DNA of 20,000 bases from an uncultured virus (IMG/VR IMGVR_UViG_3300008954_001678) (Duplodnaviria > Heunggongvirae > Uroviricota > Caudoviricetes): IMG/VR virus record IMGVR_UViG_3300008954_001678; one strand, written 5' to 3'. The notes below the pieces were generated by a model. The model was not told the origin of the DNA. It saw only the letters and a list, made by a program, of their open reading frames with translations, and made no database searches. A program made the translations under genes and the position numbers. Every line of letters begins with the position of its first letter. Position 1 is the stretch's first letter. This document shows, piece by piece, positions 8,881-15,283 of this stretch.

Positions 8881-9456
8881 CTAGTTACTTCTATAAAATT
8901 TAAGAATAGAGTATTGGTACTTCGGTGTCATAGTACTATCCACCCATTCTTGGTTGGTAGTTCTTACCACTAAGGTTTGGTCATAATTATCGTAATCAAT
9001 AAGAGTGTAAATTCTCTTAGTATTAGCGATATTGACCTCAATAGTTTGATTCATAAATCCTATAGCGTAAGTGTATAGGTAGGTGTAGTCCACTAATAAG
9101 TCTGAATAGGTAAATTCCCACACTGTTTGATTTACTTTTATACTGTCTAAAACACACACAGGGTTAATATTAACATACTCATAAGAATTATTATCGTATG
9201 GAAGAACTTCATAAGTGTCAGGGTCCGTAATACCTTCTGTATGTACGTAACGAGTTCCTTCTACAAATAACCAAGAGTCATTTAAATTAGGATAATCTTC
9301 ATTAATTGTGGTTCCATTTCCATTATTACCATTATTATTACCCGGATGATTATTACCTGGATGATTAGGATGGTTAGGTTCAAAACACTCTTTTTCACAG
9401 GAAGTGCAAATAGTTAAAGTTAAAATAAGGACGTAAAGGAAGTTTAATTTTTTCAT
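8881..9456 (-). CDS. Bacteroidota-type lipoprotein, 191 aa, possibly lipocalin-like beta barrel
   Basis: MKK + hydrophobic core + CTSC lipobox followed by EKE; PNH/PGNN low-complexity linker; beta-rich C-terminal domain starting LNDSWLFV. Confidence 0.8.
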   Translation of the reverse strand: MKKLNFLYVLILTLTICTSCEKECFEPNHPNHPGNNHPGNNNGNNGNGTTINEDYPNLNDSWLFVEGTRYVHTEGITDPDTYEVLPYDNNSYEYVNINPVCVLDSIKVNQTVWEFTYSDLLVDYTYLYTYAIGFMNQTIEVNIANTKRIYTLIDYDNYDQTLVVRTTNQEWVDSTMTPKYQYSILKFYRSN

Positions 9457-9492
9457 AATATAATTTTTTTTAGGTTAGACACAATGATAATA

Positions 9493-9524
9493 CAAAGATA
9501 AATAAATATTCTTAGATATACAAA
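9493..9524 (-). promoter_or_regulatory. Bacteroidota primary-sigma promoter for the lipoprotein gene
   Basis: Minus strand TTTG (9521-9524), 20-nt spacer, TATCTTTG (9493-9500). Confidence 0.7.
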
Positions 9525-9544
9525 TATTTATAATAAAACTTTTA

Positions 9545-9880
9545 ATGAAAAGAAGATTAACATTGGGAAAGCATTTGGAAGCAATCATCCAAGAATTGAA
9601 GGAAAAAAACGAAGAGATTAAACCTTTAATCGAAGAGGATGGTTGTGGAGATAGAATATTTACATATCTGAATGAAGTGGTGAAAGAGGATGCACATAAT
9701 ATTTTACACGCCAATAGATTAGTTAAAGATAGATTTAAAAAAGATTTAATAGAAGAAGTCATGTCTGAAATGTCAGAAGAGGAAGATTACCTTAATGAGA
9801 CTATAAATAGAAAAATAAATAAAAAAATAACCACACATATTAATAATTGGTTAGTTAAAAAATTAGAAAACAATGAATAA
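9545..9880 (+). CDS. Hypothetical protein, 111 aa
   Basis: ORF with TATTTAT at 9525-9531; overlaps the next start. Confidence 0.75.
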   Translation: MKRRLTLGKHLEAIIQELKEKNEEIKPLIEEDGCGDRIFTYLNEVVKEDAHNILHANRLVKDRFKKDLIEEVMSEMSEEEDYLNETINRKINKKITTHINNWLVKKLENNE

Positions 9881-10184
9881 AACATTTATTACTGAAGAAA
9901 GATTAGTAAAACTCATCAGAAGAGTTATTAAAGAACACGATGATGAGTTAGGGCTAGAAGTAAAAGCAGAGTCGTCAAATCCGTTGGCTCAAGACACATT
10001 TAAAAAAGTTATTGACCATTTATCCGCCACTAAAGGAGCTTATAGTTTAAGAAATAAAACTGTGAGCACTAATACTGAAGATGATAAATTAAAGAAAACT
10101 TGGAAGTGGAAAACAAATGACGGTAAAGTCGATGTTACAGTTTCCGTAGATGTAAAAATGGCAAAAGAAAAGAAACGTTCATAA
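9873..10184 (+). CDS. Hypothetical protein, 103 aa, with N-terminal ITEERLVKLIRRVIKE motif
   Basis: Translationally coupled to its neighbours; N-terminal motif shared with 12897..13700 and 18793..19221. Confidence 0.8.
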   Translation: MNKTFITEERLVKLIRRVIKEHDDELGLEVKAESSNPLAQDTFKKVIDHLSATKGAYSLRNKTVSTNTEDDKLKKTWKWKTNDGKVDVTVSVDVKMAKEKKRS

Positions 10185-10934
10185 ATGATAAGTAAAGTTC
10201 GTATAAAATCTTTGGTGAGAGAATCTATCTCACGTGATATGATTGGTGATATCGCGGGGGACTTAGCTATGCAGATAGTTGGGGGATTTGATATTGCAGA
10301 TTGGGCAATTTTAGTACCAGCGATGATTAAAAATCTTAGAGAAATACGAAAAGGAACAACAAGAGTAGAAGAAGAGATGGTTAAGTTCGCTAAAGAACCA
10401 TCCAAACATATAGAAACTTTAAGAGATGCTGCAGATGACATTATCACAGATACCGTAGATTTATGTCAACGAATGGTTGAAGCGATGCCAGGAAGTTGGT
10501 TTGGTTCTACTGCATCCTTTTTAGGTGGAAATGTAGTGGCTTCTGCTTTTTTAAATGCAACAGCAGTACAAAAATTGGGGGAAGAATTTTCTGAGTTAGT
10601 AGACCAATTACCAGAATCTCTAACGAACGCAATAGATAAAAAAGATAGTATAGGGTTTACGAGTGTGAGTACCGGTTTATTAAGAGCGGGAGAAGCACTA
10701 AACCTTATCGAAGTTTATGAAAAATATGTAACCCAACACGTGGAAAGCGAACTGGGTGAACAAGAAGAAGGAACTGAAGGTGGTGGGGTTTCTACAGGTG
10801 TTTCTGATGCGGGAGGTACAGGTGCATCGACCTGGGAAAGTGGTGTACAACGAGGCTCTGGAAACCCAGTAGGGGTGACTCACTGGGCGGATAGTTACAC
10901 TATAACGCGAGGAAAAGCAAATCCTCTCACATAA
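10185..10934 (+). CDS. Hypothetical protein, 249 aa, with C-terminal twin W..RG..NP motif
   Basis: Starts immediately after the previous stop (TAAATG). N-terminal IKSLVRES; C-terminal WESGVQRGSGNPV / WADSYTITRGKANPL. Confidence 0.8.
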   Translation: MISKVRIKSLVRESISRDMIGDIAGDLAMQIVGGFDIADWAILVPAMIKNLREIRKGTTRVEEEMVKFAKEPSKHIETLRDAADDIITDTVDLCQRMVEAMPGSWFGSTASFLGGNVVASAFLNATAVQKLGEEFSELVDQLPESLTNAIDKKDSIGFTSVSTGLLRAGEALNLIEVYEKYVTQHVESELGEQEEGTEGGGVSTGVSDAGGTGASTWESGVQRGSGNPVGVTHWADSYTITRGKANPLT

Positions 10935-11000
10935 TAAAGGGAATTTATCAATAAATTACATATTTATATATAAAATAATATACAGCAATAACACAAGACT

Positions 11001-12875
11001 ATGAAAAGAAAAGAGCAAATTCAAATTCAAGAGGAATTAAAGAGAATAAAACTTCTTGAGAATTACGATTCAAATAACCCAGAAAAATCCAAAGAACAAC
11101 TTAATGAAGCCCTACCAGCGTTCGTTGTAGCATCGGGAGTAGCTTTTAAAGGATTAAGTACCTTACAAAAGGGGGGAGCACTTGCAGGTGCTACAGTAGC
11201 CCCAAGTATAGTAGGGAGTGCGGACCCAACCGTTTCAGGTGTGATGAATACTGCATCAGGAGCAATGACAGGTGGTATGATAGGTTCCATGATTGTACCA
11301 GGAATAGGTACCGCGATTGGAGCGGCATTAGGAGGAGCTGCAGGAGCGATAATGTCTTCTTGGAGTAAAGATGTAGAGTTACAAGCAGGAGCTGAAGAAA
11401 AATGGACTTTAGGTATGGACTCAGACCTTTGGTCAGAATTCCACGATGTGGTAGTTAAAGAAGAAAAATTAGATGGACTAGAAGAAATGAGTAGTAGTAC
11501 AGCAGAAGGAATTGCGGATGAGTTATATGATGCTATGTACGGGGGTGGAACTGATGAAGATGCTGTCTATGATGCGTTCATGGAAATAGATAGTATAGTA
11601 AACCTATCAAAAGTTAATGATGAGTTCGGAACTAAGAAAGGTGCGTGGAATCCCCTTGGAACATTCTCGGGTAATCTTAAAGAATGGGTTGAAGATGAAT
11701 TAACGAGTGGGGAAGAAAATAGAGTTAAAAATATAATTGGTAAAATGCCATTACTTATTTATGATGGAAAGAGAATAGAAACTGTTATGGATTGGGAGGA
11801 ATTAGTTAAAACTGAACAGGGACCAACCGAAGAAGAAGAAAAAACAAAAGAGTTTGCAGAATTATGGAAAGCTTATCCTTGTGTGTTAAAAACCGCAGCT
11901 GATAATCAAGCAGACTGGAGTGATGACTTTAAACAAGTTACTATTACTATAGGGGAAGGAAGAGCTAGATTTAGTAATACAGGAAAATATAGATATAAAG
12001 GACCACAGAGTGATGGAAAGGTTACACCAGTAGGAACTTTTTCATGTTCAGGAGACGAATTATCATTTGAGGACGAAGAAGAGTTAACAATTGTAAGTGA
12101 GGGTAGAAGATTATCTAGTATTTTAAGAAAACCTAAAAGACAAGCTATTCAAGAACAAAACGACATCACTTTCGGTGATATGACACTTAAGTTCGAAAAA
12201 CAAGTTGAGACTGAGACTGATACTGACGATGGTAAAGACACTGACGATGGTGGCAAACCAAAAAAAGAAACTTCATGGTTAACAGCATGTAGTTTAGCAG
12301 CAGTAGTTAAAGGAAAATGTGTAATTAGAAAAGGACATAAAGGTGATTCAGTAAGAGCAGTACAAAGTATATTACAAAGTAAATATGGTACAGATACTGA
12401 TGGAAAATACGGCCCTATAACGGAAGAAGATGTAAGAAAGTATCAAAAAGCTAAAGGTTTATATGAGACAGGTATTGTAGACCAAGATACTGCAATTGTG
12501 ATGACTGGAGGTAAAGGAGGTGATAAGACTAAAGAAACTATTGTTACTAAAACTGAGGATGTTGCTACAGATAGAGACGAAGAAATCGTAAACATGGTTG
12601 CATATGATTTAGAAAATACAAGTACAGAGACTATTAATAGACAAATTGTAGCTTTGAATACTGAAGTATTAAAACAACCTACTAAACAGAAATGTATCCA
12701 GTTAATCGGGAGTGCTGCAGCAGGATGTAAAGCGGGAATTAAAACTGCTGACCATAACTCATTAAAACAATGTTATAATTCTTATAACTTTGGGGTTTTA
12801 ACGAAAGTAGGTAGAACAGGACAATCTAGAAGAGTTAAAAAATGTTACGGATTAAAAGGTAAAGGAAACGTATAA
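11001..12875 (+). CDS. 624-aa protein: glycine-zipper hydrophobic region, annexin-like repeat, peptidoglycan-binding domain
   Basis: GGMIGSMIVPGIGTAIGAALGGAAGA (glycine zipper); IADELYDAMYGGGTDEDAV...LKEWVEDELTSG (annexin signature, about 11500-11740); IRKGHKGDSVRAVQSIL...DGKYGPITEEDVRKYQKAKGLYETGIVDQDT (PG_binding_1-like, about 12324-12500). Confidence 0.85.
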   Translation: MKRKEQIQIQEELKRIKLLENYDSNNPEKSKEQLNEALPAFVVASGVAFKGLSTLQKGGALAGATVAPSIVGSADPTVSGVMNTASGAMTGGMIGSMIVPGIGTAIGAALGGAAGAIMSSWSKDVELQAGAEEKWTLGMDSDLWSEFHDVVVKEEKLDGLEEMSSSTAEGIADELYDAMYGGGTDEDAVYDAFMEIDSIVNLSKVNDEFGTKKGAWNPLGTFSGNLKEWVEDELTSGEENRVKNIIGKMPLLIYDGKRIETVMDWEELVKTEQGPTEEEEKTKEFAELWKAYPCVLKTAADNQADWSDDFKQVTITIGEGRARFSNTGKYRYKGPQSDGKVTPVGTFSCSGDELSFEDEEELTIVSEGRRLSSILRKPKRQAIQEQNDITFGDMTLKFEKQVETETDTDDGKDTDDGGKPKKETSWLTACSLAAVVKGKCVIRKGHKGDSVRAVQSILQSKYGTDTDGKYGPITEEDVRKYQKAKGLYETGIVDQDTAIVMTGGKGGDKTKETIVTKTEDVATDRDEEIVNMVAYDLENTSTETINRQIVALNTEVLKQPTKQKCIQLIGSAAAGCKAGIKTADHNSLKQCYNSYNFGVLTKVGRTGQSRRVKKCYGLKGKGNV

Positions 12876-12896
12876 CAATCAAATACACTAAAAAGA

Positions 12897-13700
12897 ATGA
12901 AACAAAGAATAGAACTAACGGAATCCGAATTAATTAGATTGATTGAAAGTACTGCACGAGAATGTATTCTTGAAAGAGAAAAATCAGTAGACAAAGGTTT
13001 TGATTATAAAGTAGATAAAGTAACTAGAAGATACGGCAAATTATTTGAGAGATTTGAGAATGCCACACAAGAAGAAAAATTCGAAGCATTCAAAAATGAA
13101 ACTATTAGTCTATTAGAACATGGGTATTCTGACATTATATTAGGAGAAGCATTAAATAACCATACTTCCCTTCTAACAGAAATTGAATTAGGAACAGGTA
13201 GTTTTAGTTGGATTCGTGAAGGAATTTGGGGATGGGTTTTAGGTTTCTTAGGAATAGATAAAGGACCTTTAAGACAAGCTTTAGTTATTTCTTTGGGTAA
13301 CGTTCCATTTACAGACATACCAAAACTATTTAAATGTGATTACTTAGTAAGTGTGTTATCTGAAGGTGTAAAAGAATACTTACTTTATAAAGTAACCGAT
13401 ATGTTCCAACAAGGTGAACCAGGAAAGATGATGAATCTTGTAAGAAACGTTGTAGGTGATACCGTACAAAGTACAGAGATGAACAAAAGAATTGAAAAAT
13501 ATTTAAAAGAAACTGTATGTGGAGCTTTGGGTGGTAAAAAAGAACAAGTTAATAAGTTATTTAACGACGAAGAGAAAAATAAAGAAGAAAAATTCACACC
13601 ACCAAGTGGAGGAGATAAACCTGAAGGTGGGTCATGGTACGATGATTTAGTTTCTCAAGTAATGTCTTCTATTAAAGGTGGAATAACAAAAACAGCTTAA
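12897..13700 (+). CDS. Hypothetical protein, 267 aa, with N-terminal IELTESELIRLI motif
   Basis: Long ORF in the same operon; amphipathic segment WIREGIWGWVLGFLGI follows LLTE. Confidence 0.8.
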   Translation: MKQRIELTESELIRLIESTARECILEREKSVDKGFDYKVDKVTRRYGKLFERFENATQEEKFEAFKNETISLLEHGYSDIILGEALNNHTSLLTEIELGTGSFSWIREGIWGWVLGFLGIDKGPLRQALVISLGNVPFTDIPKLFKCDYLVSVLSEGVKEYLLYKVTDMFQQGEPGKMMNLVRNVVGDTVQSTEMNKRIEKYLKETVCGALGGKKEQVNKLFNDEEKNKEEKFTPPSGGDKPEGGSWYDDLVSQVMSSIKGGITKTA

Positions 13701-13702
13701 TT

Positions 13703-13774
13703 ATGGCATGTGAATGTGAAATATGTAAGTGTGTAAATACAGATGAAAAGGGTAACCCTGTTTGTAATTGTTAA
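13703..13774 (+). CDS. Cys-rich micropeptide, 23 aa, metallothionein-like (not in ORF track)
   Basis: MACECEICKCVNTDEKGNPVCNC*; starts 2 nt after the upstream stop and ends before the terminator. Confidence 0.65.
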   Translation: MACECEICKCVNTDEKGNPVCNC

Positions 13775-13802
13775 ATTATTTTAAATAAAATATAAATGTA
13801 AT

Positions 13803-13832
13803 AAAAAAGGTCCTTTCGGACCTTTTCTTTTT
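13803..13832. terminator. Bidirectional rho-independent terminator between the + operon and the tmRNA
   Basis: A6-GGTCC-tttc-GGACC-TTTTCTTTTT. Confidence 0.85.
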
Positions 13833-14237
13833 GGTGGAGGTGGGGGGTATCGAACCCCCGTCTTGTTCATCTTTAAAAAATATCTATCCTACACGTTTAG
13901 TTTATTCTAAACACTCAACCATCCCTACAGAATAAACAACAATTAGAACAGTCTAGACCATTTTATATTTAACCACCTAAATAGCTCAAGGTAGGTTCGA
14001 TTTGTGTGAATGACGATTCTATATTAAAGCCACAAATCTTAAATTCACTTTAATTGAATCGGAGTTATCTCGTAACCTAGTTACGCTACAACTGCAGACT
14101 CTTCTCGGACAAGTCCAAGAGTAGTCATGGTATCTAATACGTCGCCGATTAGAAAAATTGAACCAGTTTTACAAGGTTAGTTCAGCCTTGACGTGCTGAT
14201 ATGACTTAATAAATGCCAATCAATTCCAGTCACCCCC
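13832..14237 (-). ncRNA. ssrA: tmRNA (transfer-messenger RNA), about 406 nt
   Basis: 5' GGGGGTGACTGGAATTGA and 3' GGGGGTTCGATACCCCCCACCTCCACCA. Acceptor stem GGGGGTG/CACCTCC has the G3:U alanine determinant, discriminator A and encoded CCA. Tag frame 14146-14081 reads GDVLDTMTTLGLVREESAVVA*. Confidence 0.93.
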
Positions 14238-14264
14238 ATATTTTCAAAGAACTATAATAAATAG

Positions 14265-14338
14265 TGAACCAGGAAGGATTCGAACCTTCGACCGTCAGCT
14301 TAGAAGGCTGATGCTCTATCCAGCTGAGCTACTGGTCC
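14265..14338 (-). tRNA. tRNA-Arg (anticodon TCT), CCA not encoded
   Basis: GGACCAG TAGCTCAGCTGGATAGAGC A TCAGC CT TCT AA GCTGA CGGTC GAAGG TTCGAAT CCTTC CTGGTTC A gives a full cloverleaf. Confidence 0.95.
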
Positions 14339-14379
14339 AGTATCCTACAAATATAAAAAAATTTTTTTATTAAAGAAAA

Positions 14380-15180
14380 TTATTGTGATTTAAGTATCTC
14401 ACTTATGTTGAGGAGGGTGGGTAATTCCTTATTTTCGGTTGTACAACTACATAATTTTTTGTTAGCAACTAAAGAAGAAGCTTTCAGAAGACTTTCGAAT
14501 GTTCCTGCGTCTGACCACCATGAACTTAGAAAATGACAACTCATTAATTTATCTTTTACATAAAAATTATTTACATCTGTAATTTCTAACTCTCCTCTAT
14601 CAGAAGGTGTAAGATTTTTTATATAGTTGAATACTGTATTATCGTATACATATAACCCCGTTACACATAGATTAGATTTTGGACTTTTAGGTTTTTCTTC
14701 AATAGATATTACTTCACATTTATTTCCTTTCCTTACTTCTGCAACACCAAATCTTTCTGGGTCTTCCACTTCTTTTAAAAATATCCGTGCTCCCCCAGTA
14801 AAATCTTCTAAATCACTAGTATTAAGTTCGTCGTCAAATATATTATCACCTAAACATACCGCAACATTCGAAGCTCCTACAAATCGTTCACATAAACTTA
14901 AAGCTTGTGCAATACCTCCTGCTTCGTCTTGAATCTCATATGATAATCTAATCCCCATCTCTCTACCACTACCCAATAAATTAAGGATGTCCCCACAATG
15001 TTCTCTTCCAGATACAATCATTATGTCTTTACACCCCATCTTTTTTAAAGTTTCTAAAGGGTAATAAATCATTGGTTTATCATAAACGGGTAATAAGTGT
15101 TTATTCGTTACTTTTGTTAAAGGGAATAAACGACTTCCCGTTCCTCCTGCTAATATAACTCCTTTTAATCTTTTTGCCAT
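14380..15180 (-). CDS. rfbA: Glucose-1-phosphate thymidylyltransferase (RmlA/RfbA family nucleotidyltransferase, short form)
   Basis: KGVILAGGTGSRLFPLT...KHLLPVYDKPMIYYPL, LGDNIF, PERFGVAE, EEKP..PKSN..VTGLYVYD, S.RGELEITDVN, WSDAGTFESL. Confidence 0.93.
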   Translation of the reverse strand: MAKRLKGVILAGGTGSRLFPLTKVTNKHLLPVYDKPMIYYPLETLKKMGCKDIMIVSGREHCGDILNLLGSGREMGIRLSYEIQDEAGGIAQALSLCERFVGASNVAVCLGDNIFDDELNTSDLEDFTGGARIFLKEVEDPERFGVAEVRKGNKCEVISIEEKPKSPKSNLCVTGLYVYDNTVFNYIKNLTPSDRGELEITDVNNFYVKDKLMSCHFLSSWWSDAGTFESLLKASSLVANKKLCSCTTENKELPTLLNISEILKSQ

Positions 15181-15283
15181 TATTTTTGATTTTAAATAAA
15201 GATAGGAAAATTAATTCAAATGTCCAATAAAACCCTTATTAAGATTACTCTGTAAAACCTGATATTTATACATAAAGTAAACC

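Noticed and set aside
756..12875. Calling the PG-binding proteins endolysins
   Set aside because: No recognisable amidase, muramidase or peptidase catalytic motif accompanies the binding domain.
14265..14338. tRNA as an amber/ochre suppressor because the loop contains CTA/TAA
   Set aside because: The 5-bp stem TCAGC/GCTGA encloses a standard 7-nt loop CT-TCT-AA, so the anticodon is TCT (Arg).
13832..14338. Integration site (att) or prophage boundary at the tmRNA/tRNA
   Set aside because: No integrase and no duplicated 3' fragment were seen, and phage-type genes and motifs continue on both sides.
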